In this document: positions 11,424 through 24,920 of the stretch, in pieces
Layout: each line of letters opens with the position of its first letter
Position numbering within the stretch: position 1 is the stretch's first letter
Origin: a virus
Strand: one strand, 5' to 3'
Virus record (IMG/VR): IMGVR_UViG_3300024999_000048
Coordinates: 32,001 to 96,000 of that record
DNA length: 64,000 nucleotides
The notes under the pieces: generated by a model
Database searches by the model: none
What the model was told of the DNA's origin: nothing
What the model saw: only the letters and a program-made list of their open reading frames with translations
Translations under genes and position numbers: made by a program

Positions 11424-14400
11424 TTCCGAGGAAACAAAAGATTTAATTGAAATTGGAGGAGGAATAAACATATGAAATCATGGAATGAAGTTAAACCTAA
11501 TATGGTAGTTTATATTAAAGATCCAATCGAAGTCTATGAAGATGAAACTGCAATTGGAAGTACAAAAGCGTTTCAAAAAGCTCAGATTAATGTGTGTGAT
11601 AATGAGAGTGTAGAAGTAATTATTGATGGTGGGCAATTTGATGGTTATGATTTCTATTGGTATATCAAAACAGATAAACCTGAAGAATTATTAACAAAGG
11701 AAGAATATAATTTGCTAAATATTAGCGAAAAGAAGATTTGGATTGAACTTCAAAAGTATTTAAAGAAAATTGATGCGCTTAAAGAAAAATCGGAAGATAT
11801 TTTGGAAATTAAGAGATTAATTGAGAAAAATCAATAGAACGAAAGTAGAGTTTAAAAAGAAAGGGTGATAATTATTTTAAAAATTACTTTTACTCTAAAT
11901 ATACCTTGGATCACAGGAGAACCTGCTGGAACAATTATATCAATTGAGCAACATACACAAAGAGAAGTTAATCAATGGGTTAAACATCATAAAAAGCATT
12001 GTGGTCTAGATGTTATAAGTATTACTGGCGAAGCTACGGATACATTAAAAGATTCGTAACCGAATGAAATAGATAATTTAATTGAAAAGAGAAAGGTGAT
12101 AGATTATGAATAAAAGTCTGAATATTATTGTTGACACAACCTGTTTTGATGATTACAAGTCAATGATAGAATTAGTAATTATCAATATGTTCGCAGAGAT
12201 AAATGAAAAGTTGTCCAGAGGTGACGAAATAAGCAGAGAGGATAAGAACGCAATTCTTATTATGTTTCAAGTAGTGCATGAAGATTGTAAATGCATAAAG
12301 AAAATTAACATTAATGAGGATGAACGTAGTTATGAAGGCTCTATACAAGAATTAGTAAACCTAGCTTCTGCAAGTGGAATTATGAGTCACTTTGAGAAAT
12401 TGATAAAACAGTATGTTAATGTTTTTGGCAAATCAGGTGAGATATTAAAAATCACAATATGCAACTTTGAAGACAGCAAATATAAAGATAAATTAAAGTA
12501 TCAATTAAAAAAATACTTCGACAATGAATTGATTGAATTAAAATGGAAATAAAACAGTGATTTTAAAGTATTTATATGTTTGAAAAACGGAGCATTACGG
12601 AGCAAATGGAAGCATGGAGGAGATAGAAAATGGATAGTAAATTACAAAGATTAAATTCTCTAAATTATCAAGCGTCAAAACTTTTAGAATCATATTCTGA
12701 TATTTTTATTGAGAATTATGGATTAGCAATTGAATTTGGAAATGTTTTGGTCACAATTAATACTTTGATTGAAAAAGAAGAAATTGAATAGGCATGGCAA
12801 TTTCGATGAATAGGAGAATTAAATAAAATGAAATTATTAATGTGTAAAAACTGTGGAGACGTTTTTAGTCTTGATTATCAAGAAAAACATTGTAAATGCA
12901 AAGGTATAAAAGGTAAATATTTAGATGATTTGAATGCCGAATATTATGGAGATGATGCAATCCCGTTAGGTTTTGCAAATAATAGTATATCTTTTGCTAT
13001 TAATAATCAACCATTGAATGGTATGGGATATAATTTTAATGCTTTTGTTATTCCTAAAGAATGTGATACTTTTATTAAAAAGTAAGTTTAATATAATAAA
13101 CAAATTTACTTGAAAGCGAGGAAATATAATGGCTGGATGTGGAATAAGACGATGTTGTGAAAATTGCAATAATCAAGTAGAAGTTAAGAAATATGTTTAT
13201 TATTGTAAATTCGGAGAAAAAGTATTTCAGGAATGTCAAGTGGAGTATCCAGAAGATTTAAAAGCAGGGAAACTTTATGATCCAATGCTAAAAGATTTAG
13301 TTTTGAAAAAAGATTGTTTCGTATTATTGGAAGGTTATTAGGAATAGGTAGGAGGATATCAGAATGAATATATGTGAAAAGTTAATTTGTCATTCTTGTG
13401 AAGAAAATAAGTGTGACATAAAGGAATTTGCTAAGTTAAATGGTATTTCAGAAGATATGGCAAAAGAGATTCTTGAAGAATATCATGCAGACCAAGAAGC
13501 TCAAATGCAAGAAGTATATGAGGATATTATAAGATCATCTCGTTAAAGGCATAAACCTTAAATCTGTTATGAAGGAGGGTAAAAGGTGTGTTTTCTACTA
13601 ATGAAGATGTAACAATCCATGATTCTGATTTTGAATTTTATTTAAAAGGCAAACCTACTGGTGAATATGCGAGAGGTAGAGTTATTAAGAAAGATGGAAG
13701 TATATATCATGTAAAACTATATTGTAATGGCGAAGTCTATGCGGTGATAGAAAAATTCTTATATAGAGCATGGTAATAAAACAACCATTCTATAGACTTT
13801 ATTACTGGAAAATCATAGTAATATCAAGTATAATTAGCATGAGAGGTGTAAATCATGCAAGATATTATCAATACTATTAAAATATCAAATAATCCCAAAG
13901 AAGTAAAACAAATTTTAAAATCATTGAAAATTAAAGAAGTGATTAAAGTAGCGAATGGTTTGAATGTTAAGATTAGAGGCAATGAGAATAAAACAGAGAT
14001 TATTAGTAATATTATTTTGGAAATTATGAAATAGAAAGGTTGTTAATGATATGCAAGTAGAAATTATTCACACAAATGAAACTGGGCAATGGCAATGGGC
14101 AGTACAATTTGCCGGAACAGATATGTGGTTAAATGCTTTTGAGACGAATGAATTGGCAGTAGAATATTGTGAAATTAACGGTTATATAATTAAGGATAAG
14201 GAGTGAATAATATTTGAAACTAAATATTAGGCAAGTAGGTCTATGGTGGAAATGGAATGAATATTGCAACAATTGTGGTAAACAAATCAGAGATGACAGT
14301 TTTTCATCAAGTGTCAAACCTGACGAGGATAAGACTGATTATTGTTTAGAATGTTTAAATAAAATTCATAATGGTATTGTTGACAAGTCTTGAGTATAAA

Positions 14401-14426
14401 TGCAAAAATAAAATTTATTAATGTGG

Positions 14427-14456
14427 TTGACTTATGAATTAATGGTATGGTAGAAT
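14427..14456 (+). promoter_or_regulatory. sigmaA-type promoter
   Basis: TTGACT-18bp-TAGAAT with TG upstream of -10. Confidence 0.6.
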
Positions 14457-17400
14457 AGGGTAAGAATAAATTTTGAGAGGCGGAGCAAAGATGGGATATG
14501 GAAGAATTCAGTCTCTATCAGAGATAGAATTACATCAAGCATTTGACGAGATTGTGAAATACAACAATGGAGGATTTCTTGCAGAAGATGCACTTGTGAG
14601 ACAAATTAGGAATGAATTTGCTAAAGAAATGGGTAGCGAATCTTTAGATATGGGATGTATTCATGCTTGTAATGAAATTACATTTGAGATTGCTAAAAGA
14701 CATTATGATCCAAAAGGTAAAGAATATCGTGTATATTATAAAGACCACGCAAATACAACGTGGCCTGAGTGGTTTGATTTTGCTGGATCTACAATAGAGG
14801 AAGCAGAAGAAGTTAAGTCAAGAATTGAAGAGGTTGAAACTGTTTATGATGTAGAGATTAGATGCGTCTAGTCTCATCTCTATAAAATTGAGAGGTGGAA
14901 TTATCAATGAACTCAAATGAAAAGTATTATGAATTTCTTGACAATCTAAGAGAAAGTGGAGTAACCAATATGTTTGGTGCAACGGAATATTTAATGGAAG
15001 CATTTTCTGATTTATTAGAAGTTAAAGCAAGGGAAATATTGAGAAGTTGGATGAAGACTTTTTCAGATAGGCATCCAGAATAAAATCATCAAGGATGAAC
15101 TTTAAAGAAATTAGAAGGGAATGATTTAATTATGCTTCAAATGTATAAGGGATTTTATTATAATGGAGATTATGCGATATATGGTGATGTATGGAATAAA
15201 GTACCTAATAATTTTTTTGGTTCAGGTATAGCCAGAAAAGTATTATATGAAATTGACAAATATTATGAGTATTTAGATAAAGAAAAATATATAGACTTTA
15301 AAGATTATATTGATAAAAATATTGATGATTTAAATTATAAATTAAACAACATAGATATCCTAATTGAAGATGGTTTAGATATTGGTGGAGTTTCTATGAT
15401 TATTCAATTGGTAAATGGCACTTCATTAATTATTAATACAAGTGAATGGGGATCTATCAAAAGACTTTAAGAATAATGTGATACCTTTTGAAAGAAGATT
15501 AGAAAGGATGTGATAAATCATGAAAACATATATGACAATTTTTATCCCAGAATTAGAAATTATGAAAACAGTTAGCAAAGACATTATTAAAATTGATTTA
15601 GATAATCCATTTAAAGTAAGTGGTAAGAAAGATAATTATTATAAAGTTGATCCTTATTTATATTCTAATAATGGTCATATTATTGATGCAATAAATGAAA
15701 AACAGTTGAAAAATTTAAACCACTATGAAAGTGTAATTATTGTTAATGGTGAATATTTATCAGATATATTAGAATTAGAATTTAATACTCTGTATCATCA
15801 GTTAAATAATATCGGAGTTATAGTAACTTATACAGGTGATTGTGATGAATATGACGGTGAGCAAATTGCAGTTAGTAAAATGATTGCTTATGCAAGTGAA
15901 TTAAAGGCGATTTGCGAGAAGATAATTTAAGGTATTTAAAGAAAGAGGAGACACATAAAAATGGATGAACGTACAACCATGGAACATGAAAGTTTTGCAA
16001 TGTTAGGTCTTACAAGGAGTTCATGCAGTTTTAGTCAAAATCTATTTGGGAGTTCTATTCAACATAGTCATACTATTAAACTCAAAATTGCTCCTGCTAA
16101 AATTGATAGAATGCTGAATAGGGATTGGTTTCACGCTAACACAAAACCTTATATTGAAGTTGAGATGTCATACTCACAATTTGCTGAAGCAATTACATCA
16201 ATGAATGTGGGAGATGGCGTACCAGTTACACTCAGACGGTTAAATGGTAAAACGATTGAAGACTGCCCACAATTTGATAAACGGCAAGAATTTGAGAAAG
16301 AGTTTGAAAAGGAAATGCAAAAAATCGGAAAGTCACTTAGGATTTTAACTGAACAAGCTGAAGCATTATTAAGTGAGAAAAAACCACCAACAAAAGCAGA
16401 TAAAGAAGCTATTCTTAAAGGAATTAAGATGTTACAGCAAGAGATTGAAAGCAATGTTCCTTTTATTCAAAGTAGTTTCAATGAGCAGATGGATAAAACT
16501 ATTCTTGAAGCAAAAGGTGAATTTGAAGGTTTTGTAATGCATAAAGTAATTTCTACAGGATTAGAAGGGTTACAAAAAGAATTTAAAATGCTTGGAAATA
16601 ATGAGGAATAATCAAATCATATTATTCTTCAAATGGAATTAGAGGAGGAAGTAAAATGTATAAATATATTGGTGAACCTAAAACTGAATCTGAGCAAGAA
16701 GTTATGTGGAAAACAGCAGCAATATTAAGAAGTTTTATGTCTTTAGAAGATTCAGAACAACTAGAAAAGAAATTTATATTATATAGAGATGAACACTCTG
16801 CAAACAATGAAGAGTTTGAACCTTGGTATGTTTGGTTTATGAAGCAAATTGATATTAATGTGACGATGAAAATTTAATATTAGTACGTTGAAAGTGTGGA
16901 TTGATGGGATATTAGAAAGGAATGAATAATATGAAATTTATTGCTAATGTTTTAGTTAAAATTGAAGTTGAAGCAGATACAGAAGAATTTGCAAAAGAAT
17001 TATTATCCGAACAATTAGTTAATCTTAATATTGGTTCTTTAGGTTATCATGCTGATCATGAAGATTATTCATTACAAACTATTGGGAGAAGAGTAATGAG
17101 TATACAAAATGACAATGTAAGATTTGTGCTAAAAGCAAAAGATTCTGGACTGTATTTAAAATCAAGTGAACATGGAATCAATTCCTATACAGATAATATT
17201 AGTTTAGCTTTTGTGTGGAAATGTAACACTAGTATTTCTGAATTAAAAATTGATGAAGATATGTATGAAATATTTGTAATTTAGTATTAAAAGGAGTTGA
17301 AAACAATGGCATCAATCACTCTTAAAAACATAGCAGAGCATATTATGCTAGGAAATGCTAAAACAAGTGAAGAATTTAATGAAAAGATTAAAGGCCAATG

Positions 17401-18972
17401 GGAATACAGGAGCAGTAAAAGTATTTCTGATGTTAATTTGGCTGTAGAAAATGGATTAAAATTAGGTAAAGGTAAGGTAGAAAGAGAAATTGAATGTATT
17501 GCTATGTACTTGGAGAGTGTTTTGAAGAAGGTTAAGGTTGTAAAGAAAGAAAAAGTTAGTAAGAAGGAGAGTGTTAAAGATGTTGAAATTTAAATGGAAA
17601 GATGGATTATATTTGACGGTAGTAAAAGAAGAAACAGGATTTCATATTTCAGTTATCAACAATGATAATGAAGAGGTAGATGGTTATATTAATCCCTTTT
17701 CAACTTTTAAAGATGCTAAAACAGCATGTGAAATTTTGTCTAGTGAAATATGTTAATAATTTAAAGGAGATGATTAATATATGAATTATCCAGAAGCATG
17801 GGATGAATTAAGAGATAAACTTTATAAAACTAGACAATCTTTAAACGGATTGGTAAGAGAAATAGAATATCCTGCTCTTGATAATTATAAACGGCTAAGT
17901 AGTAAAAGAGAAGGTATTGATTTAGCAATAGGCTATATGATTGATATCGAGAAAATTATTGGAAAGTAAATTTAAATTATTAGGAGGAATTAAAAAATGG
18001 AAAAGACAAGAATTATTGAATACAAGTATGATGAAAACGACATTAAGACTATTAGAACAAAGTTAATTGATTTTTATATATGATTAGTAATAAAAATTCA
18101 GAGGCAGAAATAATAGAAGATAGGATTAGAGAGTTAATGGATGAATATTTTGATTTATAAACCACTTCAACATCTAGTTTTATTCTAAGAAAGGAAATGA
18201 TATAATGGCATTATTCACTAATCAACCAATGTTTTGTCCAATTTGTGGAGTACAATTTATGTATGATTTTAATTATCATGGCATTCCTGTTTGTGATAAA
18301 GAATGTTGGGAAGAATATCAAAGGAGAAAGTCTTTAAGTATAATGGGTGAGAAATATTATGTAAAGGTTAATTAAAGGAGAGTGCTAAACGTTGGAAAAT
18401 GAGTATGTTTTGGTATATGAACACAAAGGTGTTGATATTTACACTTTAAAAATAGCAAACCCATCTAAAGGAGATAGTTTTAAATATTTTACTTTTAATA
18501 AAACTATTCTAGGGAAACAAGAATTTGATACTATCCAAGAAGTAATAGATGCTATTGACAGGTAATTTATAATACTATGAATCGAGGATTTGAAGGCAAA
18601 TAAAATGTATTAGGAGTTTTATTATGAAGTCATTTAGTGATTTTAAGAAGGAATATTTTGATAATGTGGATAATAGTCATACATTTGCAATATTTAACAA
18701 AAGCACGAATAAGTTTTTACAATACTATGAAATTGTAAAAGACAATGCAAATTATAAGTATCGTATATTTGTAATTCCGCTATCCTTTATTAGACCAGAA
18801 TCATTTGATTCTCAAATAGAAGCTGAAGAATGGATAAAACAAAAAGATGTTATTATTTCTAAAAAAGCATTTTTGTCATATAGTTTAGAAAAAATTGAAG
18901 AGTAGTCCTGCGAAACTAAGATTCTATGCCATTATCCAATATATTAATAAATAAAATAAAGGAGATTAAAAA

Positions 18973-19740
18973 TTGAGAGGACAAAAGATTCCATATCAAG
19001 AAAATCACAGAATAACCAATGAAGGAGAAATACAAAAGAAATGCAACAAACACCATATTTTATTTCCAAATGAAGATCCATGGATGTCTTGCACTGAAGA
19101 ATATTTTTATAAGACAGCTCATAATAAGAGAGATGGATTACGCCCAGATTGTAAGGAATGTACAAAAATAAACTCTTCAAAATGGTTAGATGAAAATAAA
19201 GATATTAGAAAAGTAGCGAATGCTACTTATGCACAAAAACCAAAAGTTAAAAAGAAACGACAAATTAGAGATAAAAAGAGACATTCCGATGGGTATTTTA
19301 GTAAATATCAACAAGATCATAAAGAACAGATTGGTAAATATTCTAAGTATAAACAAATGAATGCGACACACAACATAAATAAAGTCGAATGGGAATCTTG
19401 TTTAAAATATTTTGATTATAGTTGTGCGTATTGTGGACTTAAGTTAAAAGATCATTATAATATGTTTAAAGGTGAACTAAGGTGGGAGATGTTACATAAA
19501 GAGCACGTTATACATAATGGTAGTAATAGGTTAGATAATTGTGCTCCTGCATGTAAGTCGTGCAATAGTCAAAAATGGGAATTCGAGTTTGACAAATGGT
19601 ATAAAAATAATATAAACTATACTCAAGAGAGATATGATAAAATTAATCAATGGTTAAATGAAGATCATAAACTTTACATACAAGATGAGAAAACAAAGAA
19701 GAAATATAAATGGAAAGTACGTAATCCGATAAACCTTTGA
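18973..19740 (+). CDS. HNH endonuclease
   Basis: CAYCG...EHV...NRLDNCAPACKSCNSQK; N-terminal CxxC motif. Confidence 0.8.
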   Translation: MRGQKIPYQENHRITNEGEIQKKCNKHHILFPNEDPWMSCTEEYFYKTAHNKRDGLRPDCKECTKINSSKWLDENKDIRKVANATYAQKPKVKKKRQIRDKKRHSDGYFSKYQQDHKEQIGKYSKYKQMNATHNINKVEWESCLKYFDYSCAYCGLKLKDHYNMFKGELRWEMLHKEHVIHNGSNRLDNCAPACKSCNSQKWEFEFDKWYKNNINYTQERYDKINQWLNEDHKLYIQDEKTKKKYKWKVRNPINL

Positions 19741-20592
19741 TTTCGATGGTTAGGAGGTAAAATTATGAGAGTTAAATTTAATAATAAAATGTATTTATGT
19801 ACAAAAGTTACGCATACTCCGTATAGCAAACTATTATTATTTACTACATTAAATGGAGTGTATACTGTTGATATGAAATCATTAGAAAATGCAGAATCTT
19901 ATTATGAAGACATTTTTATTAAAGGATATTGCGATGTCTCTGATTTTGAATATAGTAATTAATAAAATACTCAATTGATTGGAGAATATATAAATGGATT
20001 TACTATGTAATAGTATTACAAAATGTTATCATCAAAACTATAATGCAAAATTACAAATTATGACTTGTAGATGGGATTGTGCAGAAGATTGTTCTCATTG
20101 CATTAAGAATGAATCAATTTCAATGTGGAAAGAGCAACTTAAAAAAGTAGAACAATGTCCACAAAGACAAGATTCTTTGGTGGAGCAAATGTATGATCTA
20201 CATGCGATTGCTAATAAATTCGGATTATATGATGCAGCAGATTCAATTAAACGAAGATTTATGGAGAAATAATTTTAAGAAAAGGAGATAAATTATGCCA
20301 AGAAAATTTGATGTAAACAATATCAATCTACAAATTGACAACATAGATTTCTGGAGTCCTCATGAGGGAAATAAAGGTGGAATGAGAATCTATTGGAGTG
20401 CTGATATTGGATTTGGGCAATTTGATATTGTTAAACGTAGTGGAAATGACGGAGAGGACTATGATAGTCCAGAAGAAGAATTAATATTAATTGTCGATAC
20501 TGAGAGAATGGATCATGGGGATGATAAGGAATTTACTCAAAAGATTTTGAGTTTATTGGTTGAGAAGTTGAAAGTTACTGGATAAATTATAT

Positions 20593-20621
20593 TTGACTTT
20601 ATTTTACTAGTATGTTACTAT
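20593..20621 (+). promoter_or_regulatory. sigmaA-type promoter for the RNA-repair block
   Basis: TTGACT-17bp-TACTAT, TG at -15/-14. Confidence 0.6.
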
Positions 20622-20899
20622 GAATATATAAATAAAATATTAGGAGTGATACATAAAATGGCAAAAGCAGAAAAGAGATTAAAAAATATAAAAAGTGTTG
20701 AATTACATATTTGTCCCATCTGTAATAGTAAAAATATAAATAAAGTCGAGTTAAACGAGTATTATTGTATGGATTGTTGTATTGAAATACGAGATGGCAA
20801 ACCTTTCACAATTCAATATAGTGGAGAATTAGTTCCTTATTATGTAAATGAATTCATGGATTGCGGATAGAAGGATAGGAGGATAGGAGGATAAATAAA

Positions 20900-21583
20900 A
20901 TGATATTTATTAGTGGTGACACTCATGGAAGTATGGGCATGTCAAGATTTAATATGAAAAACTTCCCTCTTCAAAAAGAACTGACTAAAAACGATTATAT
21001 GATTATTACAGGTGATTTTGGTTTAGTATTTTCATTAGACAAAGAAGAGGAGTATTGGTTAAACTGGTTACATAAGAAAAATTATGTTAGTTTATGGATA
21101 GATGGAAACCATGAGAACCATTCAATGCTAGATAAGATGCCAGTCTCAATATGGAACGGTGGGAAAGTACATTTTATTAACGATAGTGTAATACATCTAA
21201 TGCGTGGACAGGTATTTAATATCAATGGAACAAAAATATTTACTTTTGGTGGAGCTGACTCAATTGATAAAGCAAATAGGACGGAGGGTAAATCATGGTG
21301 GAAAAGAGAAATGCCATCTAATGCTGAGTATGAGGAGGGTTTAGATAATTTAGATAAGTGTGACTGGAAAATCGATCTTGTTATTTCACATGATTGCTCT
21401 ACAAGAGTTTTTGAGAAACTAATGGCAGGACTATGGGTAAAGAGTTTAACTTCCATTAACAAGTATTTTGAGGTCTTAGAAGAGAAGTTAGATTATAGGC
21501 AATGGTATTTTGGACATTATCACGAGGATAGATGGATTGATGATAAACATAGGTTGATTTATCATAATGTTGAATTGTTATAA
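20900..21583 (+). CDS. calcineurin-like metallophosphoesterase
   Basis: GDTHG, GDFG, GNHE and FGHYH motifs. Confidence 0.9.
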   Translation: MIFISGDTHGSMGMSRFNMKNFPLQKELTKNDYMIITGDFGLVFSLDKEEEYWLNWLHKKNYVSLWIDGNHENHSMLDKMPVSIWNGGKVHFINDSVIHLMRGQVFNINGTKIFTFGGADSIDKANRTEGKSWWKREMPSNAEYEEGLDNLDKCDWKIDLVISHDCSTRVFEKLMAGLWVKSLTSINKYFEVLEEKLDYRQWYFGHYHEDRWIDDKHRLIYHNVELL

Positions 21584-21600
21584 GGAGGTAAATATAAAAT

Positions 21601-22110
21601 ATGATTAATGAATTTAAAGGCAAATACTATTTTTTATCTAATTTCTATACTGCTCCAGTAGAATATGAAGGACTATTATATCAAAATAATGAATCTGCTT
21701 TCCAATCAGCAAAGGTTATAGATATTGAAAGACGAAAACAATTCTGCAATATAGATCCTTCTACATCTAAAAGAAAAGGTAGGAATGTTACTCTAAGGCA
21801 TGATTGGGAGAAGATTAAGGATAAAGTTATGGAAGATTGTATTAGAGATAAATTTACAAGGAATGAGGAATTAAAACAGAGATTAATTAATACTGGCAAG
21901 AAAGAATTGGTTGAAGGAAATACGTGGAATGATATCTATTGGGGAATATGTCGTGGCAGAGGTAAGAATATGTTAGGTAAGATTCTTATGAAAGTTAGAG
22001 CAGAATTACAAGAGCAAGAAGTATCTGATTGTTATGGAACTTGGAATAATTTATGCGATAAAGAATATTGTTCTGGTTGGGATAGATGTAAAGAGATAAG
22101 CAAATCCTAG
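21601..22110 (+). CDS. NADAR (YbiA/DUF1768) family hydrolase
   Basis: FLSNFY, ESAFQSAK, KRKGR, DWEKIKDKVM, LVEGNTWNDIYWG, GKNMLGKILMKVR. Confidence 0.9.
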   Translation: MINEFKGKYYFLSNFYTAPVEYEGLLYQNNESAFQSAKVIDIERRKQFCNIDPSTSKRKGRNVTLRHDWEKIKDKVMEDCIRDKFTRNEELKQRLINTGKKELVEGNTWNDIYWGICRGRGKNMLGKILMKVRAELQEQEVSDCYGTWNNLCDKEYCSGWDRCKEISKS

Positions 22111-22152
22111 CAAACAAATATTTTAAAGGATATTTAAGGAGGAAGATAAATT

Positions 22153-22935
22153 ATGAGTAAAGATTCATTAGGCGACCGTATGAAGGGTTACGAAAATGTT
22201 GAGCGTAAATATTTAACTAAGAGACTCCCTTGTTTGCTTAGGATTGATGGTAAGGCGTTCCACTCATTTACTAAAGGATTTCAAAAACCATTCGACAAGG
22301 TATTGATGAAAACTATGTGGGATACTGCAAAATATCTTTGTGAAAATGTTATGGGATGTAAGATTGCTTATACTCAAAGTGATGAAATTACTTTACTACT
22401 TACCGATTATGATTCTCTTACAACTCAAGCATGGTTTGATAAAAACATTCAGAAAATGGTCTCTGTTTCTGCAAGCATGGCAACATTAGCCTTTAATAAG
22501 TCATTTTTTCAAAATTTAGATATATTTATAGACGAATATGAAGACACAGAAGAAAACACAAAATTAGCTAATAAATATTTGTCAAGAATCAATACAGCAA
22601 TGTTTGATAGTCGAGCTTTTAGTATCCCAAAAGAAGAAGTTTGTAATGCTTTCGTATGGAGACAACAAGACGCTACTAGAAATTCTATTGAGATGGTAGG
22701 TAGATATCATTTTGGAGATAAGAGATTATTCAAAGTTAATAATAATCAAATTCAAGAAATGTTGTTTCAAGAAAAGGAAATTAATTTTAATGATTTGCCA
22801 ACTTATCAAAAACGTGGAGTGTGTATTATAAAAGAGCAATATGATAAAGATGGAACTATGCGTACTAGATGGGTAATTGATGAGGATATTCCTATTTTTA
22901 CACAGGATAGAGATTATATTGAGAAGTATTTGTAA
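22153..22935 (+). CDS. thg1: tRNA(His) guanylyltransferase / Thg1-like 3'-5' polymerase
   Basis: RMKGYE, RIDGKAFHSFT, YTQSDEI, FDSRAF, WRQQDATRNSI. Confidence 0.92.
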   Translation: MSKDSLGDRMKGYENVERKYLTKRLPCLLRIDGKAFHSFTKGFQKPFDKVLMKTMWDTAKYLCENVMGCKIAYTQSDEITLLLTDYDSLTTQAWFDKNIQKMVSVSASMATLAFNKSFFQNLDIFIDEYEDTEENTKLANKYLSRINTAMFDSRAFSIPKEEVCNAFVWRQQDATRNSIEMVGRYHFGDKRLFKVNNNQIQEMLFQEKEINFNDLPTYQKRGVCIIKEQYDKDGTMRTRWVIDEDIPIFTQDRDYIEKYL

Positions 22936-23615
22936 AAGGAGATAATAAATAATGAATATTTATATTGGTATATATGACGAAAGTAATATAGAATTTCATT
23001 GTATAAAAATTCCAGCTATTGATTATTCAGTAGCATATAAAAAATTTATTAAATATCTAAAAAATAATATTAATAGTATATTGATTGAGGACAATATTTA
23101 CATAATAGAATCATGGTTACTAAAAAGCATTTAAAATATTGTTTTCGAGGTATTTAGAGAGGAGATAAAGTAATGAAAGATAGACAATATATTGATCAAC
23201 TTTTCACCACAGATGGGTTTGAAAATGTATTAAAAGCAATAGATGCAATGCATCCAATTGTAAAAGAAATTCAAGTATTTAAACAAGGGTATGATGTTAT
23301 TATGAAGAATATTGTGTCTATCAAGATAAAGGATGAACACGCTGAACATCTTAAATGTCAGGGTTATTTCTCAGATTTTAATGGTATTGAAATTTTAGTA
23401 GTAGAGGAAAGGGATATGGAAATTAATCAAGGTAAAATTATTTATAGTGATGGAAGTAGCAAAATAATTGATATTTATAAACCTTAATGTACACAAGGAG
23501 AGGATATAATTGGCAAAATATAGTAAAAAGTCCACAATACAAGGACACAAATTACGTTAAAATGTGGGTTTTAACGGATGTAATAAATAAAATAAAAGAG
23601 AGGGCGTAATAAATA

Positions 23616-24920
23616 ATGAGTTATAATGGATACATAACTAAAATTAAAAATATGAGAAAACATTCTAATGCGGATAGACTTCAAGTAGGAGAGTGCTTTG
23701 GTAATTTTGTGATAGTTGGTCTAGATACAAAAGAAGGAGAGTTGGGTTGTTATTTTCCAACAGATGGTAGATTAGGAGTTGAATATTGTCAAGAAAATAA
23801 ATTACTTAGAGAAAGAGATGCTAACGGTAATCAAACAGGTGGATACATGGATGTTGAAAAACGTCAAGTAACTACAATTAATCTTAGGAAAGAAAAATCA
23901 GATGGTTTATTTATGCCATTGAAAAGTCTTGATAAATTTTGTAATATTACTGATCTTAAAGAGGGAGATACAATTACAACTCTTAATGGAGTATTGATTT
24001 GTGAAAAGTATATTCCTAAAGGTAAGAAAAGAAATAATAATCCTACGATACAAGGAAAGAAAAATAAGAAAGTAGAAAAAGATACTTTCCCATTCTTTGC
24101 TGAACATGTTGATACTTCACAGCTTGCTTATAATACGCAACAATTTAGAGAAGGTGATTTGTGTTATATCACTCTAAAAATTCACGGTACATCACAACGC
24201 ACTTCAAATGCAATCAAGGATCAGAAAAAGATTCTTCCATATTGGATACATAAGATTTTGTCGTTTACAAAAATCAAACCTAAATCCAAAAGAACTTGGG
24301 ACTATGTAACAGGTACTAGAAGAGTTATATTAAAAGATTATAATGGTGGATTCTATGGTGACAATGATTTTAGAAAACAATGGCATGATTATTTTGTAGG
24401 CAAATTACATAAAGGAGAATCAATTTATTATGAAGTCGTAGGATATACCAATGGAAATACTACAGTAATGCCAGAATGTAGCAATGCTAAAACAAAAGAT
24501 AAGAAGTTTATTAAAGAATATGGCGAAACTACTAGATTTACATATGGTTGTGGAACAGGACAAAATGATATTTATGTTTATCGTATGACAATGACAAATG
24601 AAGATGGGTTTGTAGTGGAAATGCCTTGGCATCTTGTTAAATTACGCTGTGAACAAATGGGTATTAAATATTGTCCAGAATTTGATAAGTTTGTGTTTAC
24701 AACAAAAGAAGATTTAATGGAGAGAGTTAATAAATATGTTGATGGGGCAGATCCTATTGGTAAGACGCATATTAAAGAGGGCATTGTTGTAAGAATTGAT
24801 AATAAGGAAAAGTTTTCAGCTTATAAACACAAGAGTTTTCATTTTAAAGTATTGGAAGGAATTATTAAATCTGATGATGTTTTAGATATTGAGGAGGAAA
24901 ATAGTGAATACGCTTCATGA
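23616..24920 (+). CDS. RNA ligase (DRB0094/Rnl2-like)
   Basis: N-term HSNADRL and LRKEKSDGL; motif I KIHGTS; YYEVVG; EGIVVR; terminal YKHKS. Confidence 0.8.
   Translation: MSYNGYITKIKNMRKHSNADRLQVGECFGNFVIVGLDTKEGELGCYFPTDGRLGVEYCQENKLLRERDANGNQTGGYMDVEKRQVTTINLRKEKSDGLFMPLKSLDKFCNITDLKEGDTITTLNGVLICEKYIPKGKKRNNNPTIQGKKNKKVEKDTFPFFAEHVDTSQLAYNTQQFREGDLCYITLKIHGTSQRTSNAIKDQKKILPYWIHKILSFTKIKPKSKRTWDYVTGTRRVILKDYNGGFYGDNDFRKQWHDYFVGKLHKGESIYYEVVGYTNGNTTVMPECSNAKTKDKKFIKEYGETTRFTYGCGTGQNDIYVYRMTMTNEDGFVVEMPWHLVKLRCEQMGIKYCPEFDKFVFTTKEDLMERVNKYVDGADPIGKTHIKEGIVVRIDNKEKFSAYKHKSFHFKVLEGIIKSDDVLDIEEENSEYAS

Larger units (their letters stand above)
2794..20585 (+). other. array of about 50 small co-oriented hypothetical phage ORFs, many with CxxC motifs
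   Basis: tightly packed + strand ORFs of 40-260 aa, most preceded by AGGAG/AAGG Shine-Dalgarno sequences; typical early/accessory region of a large Firmicutes phage. Confidence 0.85.

Noticed and set aside
20872-20893. Tandem AGGATAGG repeat
   Set aside because: Simple slippage duplication of a Shine-Dalgarno region
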